From contig NC_043011.1 in the NCBI RefSeq assembly GCF_006345805.1, forward strand, positions 28,470,464 to 28,534,463: a stretch of 64,000 bases of DNA. Direction: 5' to 3'. The stretch comes from Octopus sinensis (Eukaryota). Both the position numbers and the translations under genes were made by a program. This document shows positions 1 through 12,852 of the stretch, piece by piece (position 1 is the first letter of the stretch; every line of letters starts with the position of its first letter). Under the pieces are notes generated by a model. That model ran no database searches. It saw only the letters and a program-made list of their open reading frames with translations, and was not told the origin of the DNA.

Positions 1-231
1 ATGGGTTTGGGGATCTTTCTGGAAATTAATCTTAAGTAATTAACAGCAGCTATAAGAAGATCATCAATTGTGCATAAATATTTGATTATTGATGTGTAAG
101 CAAGATACATGTGGATTTTGAAGGCAGTTGGTGCATTCTTTAAAAAGTTACAACAGTTTAAAGTGAAAATCTACGATTGGGTACCCTGATTGTGCTAAAT
201 ATAATCTCTGTTTATCTGCGTATACATTCCA

Positions 232-234
232 ATC

Positions 235-317
<83 letters not shown>

Positions 318-396
318 CTATCTATTTATCTATTCATTTATCTATATATATATATATTATATATATATATATATAATATATATATATATATTATAT

Positions 397-427
<31 letters not shown>

Positions 428-497
428 TATATTAAATTAGAGACTTAACAATTATTAAAATCCACAATTTAGAAATTTAATTCCCTAATACTTATTA

Positions 498-551
<54 letters not shown>
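232..551. repeat. (TATC)n and (TA)n microsatellites
   Basis: Direct tandem repeats; they generate the spurious SIYL/IY ORF 177..440. Confidence 0.95.
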
Positions 552-556
<5 letters not shown>

Positions 557-1451
557 TTATCTCTCTACGTATCAACTTGCTTACATATTTAGGCATATCT
601 GTTAACATTTATTTATCTGTCTATCTGCCTATTTACTTATTCATCTATCTATTTGTATATACCGGCCTTTCTGTCTACCTGTCTTTCTAGCTATGACACA
701 TAGTGTAGTGAGAGTTCTAGTGACAAAATGGCTTCACGTAAGATTCCACTGATTGGTTGAATCTGTTGACAACTGTCACCTGTAATCTCTTCATAATCTG
801 ACATTAAAATCCTTTTATTTTTCAATCTTTTATGGTTTGTTGGCTTATTATTTTTTTCTATATTGTATGATCCCCAACTATTGTTAAAATGAATACCTAA
901 ACGAGAAAATTCAGATATCATTACGCTGAATAGTGACACATTGACTGATAATACGATGATGTTGAAAATTAAGACCAATTACAAGAAAACTTTCCCTAGC
1001 TATGAGGCTAGTTAGCGTTAGATACTTGAGATCTTAACAAAAAGAATATCTTTTGAATTGATACTGAGAATAATGACCATACTTGATCTCGGAAAACTTT
1101 AGTGCGTGTTTTATACAAGATCGCGTTATGTGAATTATTAGTTATCGCTTTGTGGTTTAGAAGCTTGTTTTGCATCCAATGTTTCTGGGTTCAAACCGCT
1201 TCGTGGGCACCTAGCGTAAGTGTCTCCTACAGTATATTTGGTGTGTATATATAAGTTTGCGAGTGTGTGTATGTGAGTGCTGTCTCTTTGTAAATACAGA
1301 TAAGAATGCCGAAATAGCAGTATATGGCAACTCCAAGTTTGTTCTATGTATTACAGCAGTCGTCTTACATCAAGCTATTCAAATTTCATGTTCACCATCA
1401 TCAGATTTGGCTATGAAATGTGTAGTACATTATATATATATATATATATAT

Positions 1452-1602
1452 CGAGGCTATAGTAGCAAACACTTGCCCAAGGTGCCACGCAGCGGGTTCA
1501 GTCCCACTGCGTGGCACCTTCGGCAATTGTCTTCTACTATAGCCTCGGGCCGACCAAAGCTTTGCTAGTGAATTTGGTAAACGGAAACTGAAAGAAGCCC
1601 GT

Positions 1603-1644
<42 letters not shown>

Positions 1645-1920
1645 GTGTGTGTGTGTGTGTGTGTATGTGTGTGTGTGTCTGTGTGTGTCTGTGTGTGTGT
1701 GTATGTTTGTGTGTCTATGTTTGTCCCCCTCCCAACATCGGTTGACAACCAATGCTGGTGTGTTTACGTCCCCGTAACTTAGCGGTTCGGTATAAGAGAC
1801 CGATAAAATAATTACTAGGCTTAGGAACAATAACTCCTATGGTCGCTTTGCTCGACTAAAGGCTGTGCCCCAGCATGACCACAGGCAAATGACCGAAACA
1901 ATTAAAAGAGTAAAAGAGTA
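1452..1920 (+). mobile_element. tRNA-derived SINE, family 1, with 5' fold-back inversion
   Basis: Matches the copy at 44101 from the B-box GGTTCAGTCCC onward, with internal (TA)/(TG)n and a (TAAAAGAG)n tail; the head is replaced by an inverted copy of 1503-1547. Confidence 0.85.
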
Positions 1921-2121
1921 TACATATATGTGTGTGTATGCATGTATGTATGAATGTGTGTATGTGTATGTATATGTATACGTATGTGTGTGTATGTGTG
2001 TATATGTGTATATATATTATATATTTAAGTGTGTGTATGCATGTATGTATATGTCTCTATATATATGTGTGTGTATGCATGTATATATGTGTGTGTATGT
2101 AGGTATGTATGTACATGTACT

Positions 2122-2152
<31 letters not shown>

Positions 2153-2159
2153 CACCAAT

Positions 2160-2730
2160 GAGATCCAGAGATTCTCAGTATAGAAAACAGTAGTTCTCAA
2201 AAGATTTAAACTTAGACTCCGATGTCTTTAGAGGATATCGATTCTACAAGATAAAGAATGGCTATAAAAGGGATCAAATTGACCGGATATAGAAGCAATT
2301 ATGTGAATAAACAAATTAGACACATCAACTATATAGATATAAATATATAGATATATTATTAGGTCCAACTTACAAAGTACAAAAGACAGACAAAATTAAA
2401 GGGGTAGAAGAAAGGTGTTATAAGTCCAACAGCTATTTCTAGGGACTTGGAGAGCCATAATGATGTTGTTGGGTGTAGTTCATCACAATAAGCGGCCGCA
2501 GGAAATACAATCAACATTCAATAAGACGAGTTTCCGTCATCAGAGTAGAGAAGATCGTACATTTCAGATCTTAATGCGGAGAAGTTCAAAGATGGAATGC
2601 TTAAGTTTGGAGAGCTCGTATCTCCGAGCTCCCTAGAAAAAGGTGTTGGACTTATAACACCTTTCTTCAACCCCTTTAATATTCTCTGCCGTTTGTACAC
2701 TGTGTTAGTTGGATCTATTAATATAAATAT
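2160..2730. mobile_element. Penelope-like element remnant with inverted pseudo-LTRs
   Basis: About 100-bp inverted arms at ~2350-2455 and ~2620-2730; hammerhead motif on the minus strand; GIY-YIG C-terminal-like EAIM*INKLDT near 2293-2325 (+). Confidence 0.6.
2424..2547 (-). ncRNA. Degenerate type I hammerhead ribozyme with long stem II
   Basis: Minus strand CTGATGA-CGGAAACTCG...CAAGTCCCTA-GAAATAGCTGTT (near-palindromic stem III, GUU triplet); stem I weak. Confidence 0.45.
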
Positions 2731-2967
2731 ATATATATAGTCATACTTAAAATGTCAATTTGAAAGTCTCTGCCTTTCGCTTTCTCACGTTTTGCATGCA
2801 TGCATATATACATATTTTTAATTTAATAATCAAACTATTATAACTAATATATTTAATACAATTAATGTTTCTAATTAGTTTATCCACATAATTGCCTCTC
2901 TCACTTTCCCTCTCTCTTTCTCTCTCTCTCTCCTTCCCTTTCTCTCTGTATATATATATATATATAT

Positions 2968-3358
2968 ACTCTTTACTCTTTTATTTGTTTCAGTCATTTG
3001 ACTGCGGCCATGTTGGAGCACCACCTTTTAATCGAGCAACTCAACCCCGGGACTTATTCTTTTGTAAGCCCAGTACTTATTCTATCGGTCTCTTTTGCCG
3101 AACCGCTAAGTAACGGGGACATAAACATACCAGCATCGGTTGTCAAGCAATGCTAGGGGGACAAACACAGACACACAAACACACACACGCATATATATAC
3201 GACGGGCTTCTTTTAGTTTCCGTCTACCAAATCCACTCACAAGGCTTTGGTTGGCCCGAGGCTATAGTAGAAGACACTTGTCCAAGGTGCCACGCAGTGG
3301 GACTGAACCCGGAACCATGTGGTTGGTAAACAAGCTACTTACCACACAGCCACTCCTG
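2968..3358 (-). mobile_element. tRNA-derived SINE, family 1
   Basis: Reverse complement has A-box TGGCTGTGTGG, B-box GGTTCAGTCCC and the family body and tail. Confidence 0.9.
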
Positions 3359-3380
3359 TATATATATATATATGTATATA

Positions 3381-3411
<31 letters not shown>

Positions 3412-3416
3412 TATAT

Positions 3417-3803
3417 ACTCTTTACTCTTTTATTTGTTTCAGTCATTTGACTGCGGCCATGTTGGAGCACCACCTTTTAATCGAGCAACTCAACCCCGGG
3501 ACTTATTCTTTTGTAAGCCCAGTACTTATTCTATCGGTCTCTTTTGCCGAACCGCTAAGTAACGGGGACATAAACATACCAGCATCGGTTGTCAAGCAAT
3601 GCTAGGGGGACAAACACAGACACACAAACACACACACGCATATATATACGACGGGCTTCTTTTAGTTTCCGTCTACCAATCCACTCACAAGGCTTTGGTT
3701 GGCCCGAGGCTATAGTAGAAGACACTTGTCCAAGTGCCACGCATGGGACTGAACCCGGAACCATGTGGTTGGTAAACAAGCTACTTACCACACAGCCACT
3801 CCT
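3417..3803 (-). mobile_element. tRNA-derived SINE, family 1 (tandem duplicate of 2968-3358)
   Basis: Identical to the preceding copy except for three 1-bp deletions. Confidence 0.9.
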
Positions 3804-3827
3804 GTATATATATATTATATGTATATA

Positions 3828-3889
<62 letters not shown>

Positions 3890-4105
3890 GTATATATATA
3901 TATATACATATATATGTATGTATGTATATGTATGTATGTATGTGCATGTGTGTGTGTTTGTGCGTAGTATGTACGATTTTCGATTTCGTAATAGATGTAG
4001 AGCGAAAAAGTTGTGAATGGACATCAAAGTAACCGTTGTAAAATCTTACAACTCTGCGACATCTTCCGGCTCCACAAATCATCGGAAAATGGAAAAGGTG
4101 GGGGG

Positions 4106-4469
4106 AAAACGACTCTACTTATTTATTAGCTTTTTCTTCGGGTAATTTTTAAATGACCGATAAAATTATTCCAAAATACAATTTAAACATTTTTTTCCTA
4201 TGACTGCAAATTCTGCTTCCACAAAAGCCTCAAAATATGCAAAAAAAAAAATATAAATATTGTAATTTATAGAAATCAGAAAATTTTTCATATAGATGTA
4301 AATTACAGTACACCCAAACCCCTCCTTGAAGAGACAGAAGATGAAGTCACAGAAAAAACATGTTTAAGCCGCATTTGGGGGGTAATTTCATCATAGTCAT
4401 TTAAAAGCTACCCGAACAAAATGCAATGAAAAATGTATTTTGTAGCCAATAAATAAGTAGAGGCGTTTT
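4106..4469. mobile_element. MITE-like inverted-repeat element
   Basis: AAAACGACTCTACTTATTTATTAGCT at the left end and AGCCAATAAATAAGTAGAGGCGTTTT at the right end are imperfect inverted repeats; inner GGTAATTTTTAAATGAC / GTCATTTAAAAGCTACC also pair. Confidence 0.55.
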
Positions 4470-4559
4470 TTTTTTCAGATAATGAAGAATACACTCAATA
4501 CATAATTTAGAGTATATTATGCAGAATTCAATTTGTATGCATACGCATACACAAATATG

Positions 4560-6725
4560 CGATTCTCTGGTTTAAACAATAGGGGCTTAACCAAAATCAT
4601 TTTTACAATTGAAGATTCTAACTTCCCCTGTCACCATAAATACAATTCGATATTCAAAAGATCTAATCTAAAATTATTCTACTCCTCTCCGTCCAATATA
4701 GAAGCAATTGTTGCCTCATCTAATATGCGTAAACTTAATTCACACTGCCTAAATAACGCCAATAAGCAGACCAGTCAAAGTACGTATATATAGCCATAAC
4801 GTATGTGAATGCACCGACAACAATAACACCGAGCATGATAGCATACACCACAGCTGTAACCCAAGCACCATAACTAGCATAAACCAGGATACAAATGCCC
4901 TCACTTCCGAGGATGGTCGAACTGCGGCTAAAACGAATGATAATACTAATAGTACTACTACTACTATTGCTGCTGCTGCTGCTACTACTACTACAACTAC
5001 TACTATCGCCACCACCACTACCACTATCACCATCACTGCTACTACTACTACTACTACTAATAATAATAATAATAATCATAATAATAACAATAATAATAAT
5101 AAACCCGCTAAAACCTGTGACACAGAGAAATAATTAATATTAATGATAATATAAGCCAATCCCCAAATACTGCCTTAAACTTTAACTCGCCCATAAATAG
5201 TACATCATCATTCCTATCCACAGCTAACCCACGTAGGATAGATAGATCCAGCTGCAACTGCCGGTCTGGGATCGAATGCCCGCTGCAAGCGCATTGCAGA
5301 AGTTTAAACGTTGTGTATAGATGCTTTGCCCACAACACAGTGCACAAGTCTACTAGCCATTACATCAGGTCTACAATTAATTTTAAGCATAGATATTCCG
5401 CTGATCTGAACTCATTTACATATGAAGAGCATAGAAAGAGCACATAACAAGCCACCCACATACACCATCTGATAAGTAAGAAAATACCAAATAGGATAAC
5501 CTGTGCCTTAATAGATTCTGGTGTTCCATACCAAGGTTAGTACTCTGCATATGGACTCTGCCTGAAAGATACCCTCCAAATATTAATTTATGGTTCACCA
5601 CAATTACTTAATAGACAGCATGAAGATGAAGCATTAGCTTCATGCAAACATAAGTTCTATTGTTCTTTTAGGTTCATCTACAGGTCCAAATGCAAGCAAA
5701 ATCAACAAGCATGACAAGTGCCTATCTACATTCACAGCCGTTGCAATACACATACGTTTTACCTTCATCTATTAATACTTTTACTTCAACATAAGTATCT
5801 TAGAAGTTTGATAGCTGCAATTATTTTCTTAATTGTTTCTTTTTTAATTTTTAAATTTAATTTTAACTTTTAATTATATTTATTCCCTTTAGTTAGGCAT
5901 CTGTTTCTAGCATTTTAGCTCTCCTTACCGACCGCTAAGCTAATGTTAAATATTCTTTCTGACCACGCTGAACCTAGAACTCATCTAATTATTTAATTAT
6001 TCTTTAATAGCCATAAATGCCTTCCTCGTCCACTTTACCAAAACTTTAACGCTTGACCTCTCAACCCGAACCTACCCTGATGAATAATAATACCAGCCTC
6101 TTATCTTTTATTTTTCGCTTCATTTTCATTTTTACTTTCGCTCTCAATCTTTCTATTTCCTTCCTTTCTTTCTTTTATCTCTTCTATTCACTCACTCACA
6201 ACCACCCCCTTTCTCGCTGATTTATCTTTCTATCATAATCTCTCTCTCACATTATACACCCACGTGGACCATTTTTCTTACCAGCTACTACTTAATCTAT
6301 TCCTTCAATCTGAACGCAACATTCAAAATCCTGCCTGGATTAACCTGTGATTATAACGAAGAAGCTATACCTTCACAGTAGTACGGACTAACTTCCATAA
6401 CCTCTGGGACAAGATTAGCTGTGAACTTCATTTTCCTGTCTTTATTCTTCTAGTTACTGTTTTACTCTTTTATATACTGGTAATTCGCTGTCTGGAACTT
6501 TGCTACATACACACCTCGTATCTGATGACGGAATACCCAGTGTATGAAGATGAGGGAAAACCCTGTGTATGGGATATTCCCTCACCTGGGATATCATCCC
6601 AGAAACAGCTGTTAAACATTAATTACTTCTAAGTTTCCATTTTTGTTTCACTTTACTATAATAAAATATTTTAAATCACGAGATACTCGCCCTGTATTGG
6701 CTTTATTCTCCATTCTCCTTTAATA
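4560..6725 (+). mobile_element. Decayed Penelope-like retroelement (RT-thumb linker, GIY-YIG endonuclease, pLTR)
   Basis: FPCHHKYNSIFKRSNLKLFYSSPSNIEAIVASSN (PLE linker; ORF 4533..4793), then CNCRSGIECPLQAHCRSLNVVYRC...HYIRSTINFKHRY...GLCLKDTLQIL...LLNR...SCKHK at ~5250-5690 (Zn motif plus GIY-YIG, with stops), then a hammerhead at 6522. Confidence 0.8.
6517..6618 (+). ncRNA. Type I hammerhead ribozyme in PLE pLTR, extended stem II
   Basis: CTGATGA (6522), long hairpin including TGAGGGAA..CCC/GGG..TTCCCTCA and CCCAG/CTGGG, then GAAACAGCTGTT (palindromic ACAGCTGT stem III, GUU triplet). Confidence 0.7.
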
Positions 6726-6779
6726 TACGTAAATGTATACATACACACGCACACGCGCACGCACACACACACACACACA

Positions 6780-6823
<44 letters not shown>

Positions 6824-6882
6824 GCTAGGCTACTGGTTTTAAATTGATATTAATTAAATTAATATTAAATTTATCTCCCTCA

Positions 6883-6921
<39 letters not shown>

Positions 6922-7456
6922 CAGGGTGTCCCAAAAAAATGTATACACTTGCTGCAACAGTCTGTCATGCCAAGCATTAGAGAGGACTTTGAACAGGAAG
7001 AGATTTATTTCCAGCAAGATGGGGCACTTCCACACTACCATCGCGATGTTAGATCCTTTCTTGATGGGATCTTGCCAAACAGGTGGATTGGACGGAGAGG
7101 TTTTGTCGAATACCCTCCACGTTCACCAGACCTCACACCACTAGACTTCTTTTTATGGGGATACCTAAAGGACAAAGTCTACGCACAGAAACCTGCAACA
7201 GTCGTTCAATTGAGGGCAACCATTGAACATGAATGTACGAATATCCCAAGGGAATTGTTCCATGATGTGTGCCATTCCACCGCTTCGCGTTGTCAGCAGT
7301 GTCTGGAGCAGAACGAACATCAGTTTGAGAACATGCGATAACAAGACAATAGAATGATATTTGTAAATTCTTTTACATGTTGAAAATTATTCGAATTATA
7401 ATAAACCCCAAATTTACAATTATTTAAGGTGTGTATACATTTTTGGGGACACCCTG
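6922..7456 (+). mobile_element. Internally deleted Tc1/mariner-superfamily transposon, DD41D (rosa-type)
   Basis: TIRs CAGGGTGTCCCAAAAAAATGTATACAC / GTGTATACATTTTTGGGGACACCCTG flanked by TA; open C-terminal transposase FQQDGA...PPRSPDLTPLDFFLWG with 41 residues between the last two Asp. Confidence 0.92.
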
Positions 7457-7479
7457 TATATATATATATATATATATAT

Positions 7480-7765
7480 AATGGACTCTCCCGTCGAACA
7501 CGAGCGTTCAGCGTTTGGCGAATGACATGCACAAATGATTGGTTTATAGTGAGTAAATGTTCGTGCTGCACGTTATTTCACTCTATCAATTCGACGTTTT
7601 CTGAACAGGTGCACAGGGTACAACGTGTCAAAGTGATCGCAGAGCAAAGTGATCGCAGATGAAGTATTTTGCTCAAGAACACAACGCACAAGCCTGTCTA
7701 GGAAGTGAAATCACAATTGTTAGATCATTAGCACGACACCCTAACCACTAAGCCATGCGCCCTCA
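7480..7765 (-). mobile_element. Degenerate tRNA-derived SINE
   Basis: CCCTAACCACTAAGCCATGCGCC is the reverse complement of an A-box head (GGCGCATGGCTTAGTGGTTAGGG); TTGCTCAAGAACACAACGC core-like motif. Confidence 0.55.
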
Positions 7766-8041
7766 CGCACATACAGACATGCAAATGCATACACGAACAC
7801 ACAAACACACACACACATACACATATATCATATCCTTCTTCATTTAAAATGAACTGTATATAAAATTATCGTCTTAATATAAATTGTAATTTATTCATTT
7901 TTTTTCTACATGTGAGTGTATTTTTGTACTTATATATGTGCATATGAAAATATAGTCAAGTTTGTGTCTGTCTATGATTATACATACATGTATTTATGTA
8001 TGTGTCTATGTATGTTATATATATATATATATATATATATC

Positions 8042-8392
8042 GTGGCACTCCATCGGTTACAGCGACAAAGGGGTCCAGTTCCTGAAATTAACATGCAAGT
8101 GGCTGAGTACTCCACAGGCACGTGTACCCTTAACGTAGTTCTCGGGGAGATTCAGCGTGATTCAGAATGCAACAAGGCTGGACCTTTGAAATACAGGTAC
8201 AACAGAAATAGGAAGAGTGAGAGAAAGTTGTTGTGAAAGAGTGCAGCAGGATTCGCCGGAGCCTCGTAGAGCTTTAGGTGTTTTCGCACAATAAACACTC
8301 ACAACGCCCGGCTACACATCGCTGGCCACAATCCGCTTCGCATTGTTTTAGCCTTCAAATGACGCCACCCCGCAGGCTAAGCGAGCAGGCCA
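8042..8392 (-). mobile_element. SINE fragment sharing modules with 42478-42790 and 37870-38170
   Basis: GGAGCCTCGTAGAGCTTTAGGTGTTTTCGC is the reverse complement of the 42.6-kb SINE body; the 3' module is also found at 37870-38050. Confidence 0.6.
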
Positions 8393-8404
8393 ATATATAT
8401 ATAC

Positions 8405-8470
<66 letters not shown>

Positions 8471-8522
8471 TGTGTATGTGTGTATACATATTACATCGCT
8501 TCTTTTATTCTATCTTTTACTA

Positions 8523-9024
8523 TTGGGTTATTCGGAAAGTTCGCGCCGATTTTTAAAGGAAAGAAAAAGGTCAATAAATACTTGCCATTACATTTTTAAT
8601 CAACCAACTATGAACCATTTTGTTGCACAATGCCTCTCCATCTTTCCTTTTGCTTGAAAATACCCTCTTCCCGGAACTGAGGTGGTTCCATGGCAAAGAA
8701 TTCATCAAGGTATCTTTTTACGTCAACCAAGGAATTGAAATTTTTACGATTAAGAGGTAACACATCCCATCCGAGCTGCAGCAATTTTTGTCTGGTTCCC
8801 AACGCATCAAGTGCCGAAAATAAACTTTCTTATCTTCCATTTTAAAGGGTTACAGAATTAAACACAGGTTAAAGGAACATAAACCTTCTTCCACGAAAAG
8901 ATAGCTTAAACTGTGTTCTAAATGGAGGTGTAGTCAAATCCTATTTTATGGACACAGCCATGTTCAACAATAAGTCGAAGATGTAATCTACTATAAATCG
9001 ACATGAACTTTCCGGACAATCCAA
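8523..9024 (-). mobile_element. Non-autonomous mariner element
   Basis: TIRs TTGGGTTATTCGGAAAGTTC / GAACTTTCCGGACAATCCAA with TA flanks; residual mariner C-terminus QKLLQLGWDVLP...FNSLVDVKRYLDEFF...ERWRGIVQQNG. Confidence 0.85.
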
Positions 9025-9074
9025 TATATTAGTTTCATTCTCTAGTCTCTTTCCAGCTCTCTATAGGATTTCTG

Positions 9075-9212
9075 ATTACTGACGAAGGGCTTCACCCAAA
9101 TGTAGAGTTCATATTATCTGCCAGAAGAATTGCCAATAGGAGTATCTTACATGCTTCCCTTATATATACAATTTGTAACACCTCTTGACAAATGAAATAC
9201 CTGTAACAGTAA
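9075..9212 (+). ncRNA. Possible degenerate hammerhead in a PLE pLTR fragment
   Basis: CTGACGA (9079) ... GAAATACCTGTA-ACAG; stems poorly conserved. Confidence 0.3.
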
Positions 9213-9291
9213 ATGAATAAAGCCAAAGTTCTTCCCAATCTCCTATTTTGGGCGCCCCCTCTCTGTCATATATATATATATTCATTTTTGT

Positions 9292-9667
9292 TTTATTCTT
9301 TTATTTGTTTCAGTTATTTGACTGCGGCCATATTAGAGCACCGCCTTTAGGCGAACAAATCGACCCCAGACCTTATTCTTTGTAAACCTAGTACTTATTC
9401 TATCGTTATTTTTGCCGAATGCCTAAGTTACAGAGACGTACACACATCTACATCTGTTGTCAAGCGATGGTGGAGACAGAGACAAAAAATATTCACATAT
9501 ATATATATATATATATAATATATATATATATATATAATATATATATATATATATACGACGGGGTTCGTTCAGTTTCCATTTACCAAATACACTAACAAGG
9601 CTTGGGTCGGGTGCTACACAGTAGGACTGGAGCCAGAACCATGTGCTTTAGAAGCTTCTTACCACAC
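9292..9667 (-). mobile_element. tRNA-derived SINE, family 1 (diverged)
   Basis: Similarity to the other family 1 copies (GACTGCGGCCAT...GACCCCAG...TTGTAAACCTAGTACTTATTCTATCG). Confidence 0.85.
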
Positions 9668-9686
9668 GGCAACATCTGTACCGATA

Positions 9687-9729
<43 letters not shown>

Positions 9730-10556
9730 CATACATACATACATACATACATACATACATACATACATACATACATACATACATGCATAAGACCGCTATA
9801 TTCCTATAACAATATTGGCTTGTATTTCTTGGAGCATTTCACAAACGTTCTTTCATCTTACTTCCAACTCTTTGATCAAAACATCATGTGCTTGAAAGGT
9901 ATGAATGTCCTTTAGAAAGACAAGTATACTACAATGCAAATATTCGCTCGTAATTAAATAAATATGTAGGTGCAGCCTCATAATGAAACAAGCGTCAAAT
10001 GAAAAATTAATATTCAATGATGAGGAAATTATTAAAAATGTATTATCTGAAAAAACTGTGATGGGAATAATGAATATTTTCATGAAAAATCCATAAGGAA
10101 ATAAATATATGTGACTACATATTAAGGAAATAATATAAAATGTAACTGTTCATTATTTCTTTACCAGAATTTTTCTATAGTGTTTACATGAAAGAAATAT
10201 TTTTAGATAGGTCTAATACACTATATTTTCGAACACCAGACTTTACATGTAGATTTAAATCTGTCTTTAGATAAGATGTAATTTTCGCTCAGTAATTTTA
10301 AGCGAACTGTGAACAACTTCATAATAAACAAATTCTATGTGTGTTTTTTGAGAAGAAGGAAGATTTTAGAAGATTTGATCAATTAAGTAAACTTTAATAT
10401 TAATATTTCATATACGTAGAACAAATTACACTGTTGGAAAGGAAAAATTCCTAGCATAAGGATTACAACTTGTAGAGCTTCGAGGCCAAGAACCATCCTA
10501 AGTTTACTAACTGTCCCTCAGAACACAGTTTTCTGAAGATGCACTAATTATTATTA

Positions 10557-10611
<55 letters not shown>

Positions 10612-10613
<2 letters not shown>

Positions 10614-10700
10614 TATGTTTGACTTTTGCTTTATATTTGTACAAGTTGGCTCCAAGTCTCACCCAGAGTCCTCAAGAGACAACAGGGTTGGAAGTTCATG
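10612..10700 (-). mobile_element. Short non-LTR 3'-end fragment inside (TAA)n (R4/Dong-like)
   Basis: Unique 90-bp segment flanked on both sides by (TTA)n; family assignment inferred from the target only. Confidence 0.35.
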
Positions 10701-10736
10701 TTGTTGTTATTATCATTATCATTATTATTATTATTA

Positions 10737-10767
<31 letters not shown>

Positions 10768-11210
10768 GATAAATTCCAGAAATCCCTTGGCTGGCAGTGC
10801 TACCGTTGGGCGCTGTCTGTTCGAGATAAACTTGACAGGCACGGAAGTGCCGTCAGCCGGGCTTGCCACAGGTGCGCCTAGAACGATAAAACCGTTCTGC
10901 ACGCCCTAGTCCAGTGCCCGAGTATTGCTGACCTGTGGGCTTATGTCGAACACTTACTTTCGCGTGTAGGACGGATCCGTCTAAGAGCTGAATCTATTGC
11001 CGCGCTACCCTATTTTGGCCGGGAGAGGAGGGCAATTTTTACTCGTCTAGTGGCTGTAGCAAAAGATGTAGTATGGTGGACTCGTCTAAAAGGTTTAACG
11101 ACAGGCACGTTCCTCTTTGGCCAAGCCCCCATCAACTTTTTCAAGTTTCACTTGAAAAGGGAGTTGAGGGTGGAGATGGAAGTGTTGCTTGTAGCAAATA
11201 TTAAAAGAAC
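10768..11210 (+). mobile_element. Tx1-type LINE ORF2 C-terminal fragment (zf-RVT region)
   Basis: DKFQKSLGWQCYRWALSVRDKL...ACHRCA*NDKTVLHALVQCPSIADLW...AKDVVWWTRLKG; homologous to 32553-33427. Confidence 0.8.
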
Positions 11211-11501
11211 TTTTTTTTTTCTCCTATGCTCATAGCAAGAAGTTCTCCATCTTCAGTAATTTCTTGTTTTACTAAATTCCGGTAGTAGTCGAGTAGTATA
11301 TTTATCGGCTCCGAAACGATGAAAATCAAACTCAATCTCGGCGACGACGAGATCTGAACTCATAACGTGGGAGAGAGCCGGAAAAGATACCGCAAGACGT
11401 TCTTCTTACGATCTAACGACTCTGCCACTACCATAATCAAGTGTCTGTGCGAGTGTGTGTGGGTGCGCGTGAGCGTACATGCGTGTGTGTGTGTGTGTGT
11501 G

Positions 11502-11533
<32 letters not shown>

Positions 11534-12373
11534 GCATGCGTACGTGCGAGGTGTGTATATGTTGGTGAACAAGCGACAAGGAATCACAGTTCATTACTTT
11601 TCAAAAATAGGATTGACTAAAGAATCATATAAAGTCATATAACAAGAATCAAATCAAAAAGAATGAGTCATTTTATGTGTGCGTGTGTGTATATATATAT
11701 ATGTGTGTATACATATATATATATAGGTATGTATGTATGCGTGCATGTATGTATGTGGTGTGTGTGTGTGCGCGCTTGTGCGTGTGTGTATGTAGTGCGG
11801 TTTCATAGACTTTGTTCTCTTCATGCGAGACGTGGTTACTATTAGTTTGAAACCAAATTATACTTTTTCTTTCCTTTGCTTTCCTTTCCTTTTCTTTACT
11901 CTTAATTCTATAAGATATCCTTTCTACAATAACCAGCAGCTATTTGAGAGAGTTAAGGCTGAAGATTACAAACAATAAAAGTAATGGTATTTCTTCGTTT
12001 CAAACGAAGAAGAAGGTAAGAAACGGATGAAAAATGGAACTGTTTATTTGTACATTGTTTTTCTTTCTCTCTGTATGCTTGCGTGCTGTCATGTGTTCTT
12101 ATATTTGGGAGTTCTCTAAATAAAGGACTGTGTACGCAAGTATCTTTGTGTGTTTGTACGCACGTACATCCGCTTATGTGAGTGCGTCTGGATAAGCATC
12201 GGCGTAACATATGTTGTATACATTTGTATCTGAAAGCATTTTTCAACATTTTCCGGTCAAACATACTACTTCAAAATTTCTCTGTTTTTGTTTTCTTTCA
12301 CATTAATGCAATCCCCTTTTATACAATACAGAGTTGTGTGGGAGGAAGTGACATAAAAAAAGATAGAGACATG

Positions 12374-12386
12374 TAGACAGACAGAC

Positions 12387-12484
<98 letters not shown>

Positions 12485-12550
12485 ATTAAACAGACAGACA
12501 GATGACAGACAGAAAGATATGTAGATAGGTATACAGACAGACAGACAGAC

Positions 12551-12622
<72 letters not shown>

Positions 12623-12727
12623 TAAACAGACAGACAGACAGATGACAAACAGACAAACAGATGACAAACAGACAGAAAGATAGATAGATAGGTATACAGA
12701 CAGATTCACAGATAGATAGATAGATAA

Positions 12728-12797
<70 letters not shown>

Positions 12798-12852
12798 TAA
12801 ACAGACAGACAGACAGATGACAAACAGACAGAAAGATAGATAGATAGATAGG
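12374..12852. repeat. (GATA)n/(GACA)n compound microsatellite
   Basis: Direct tandem repeats. Confidence 0.95.

Noticed and set aside
3140-3562. Recurrent ORFs such as MSSNARGTNTDTQTH... and DGLLSVSVYQIHSQG...
   Set aside because: Antisense translations of SINE family 1, not a gene family.
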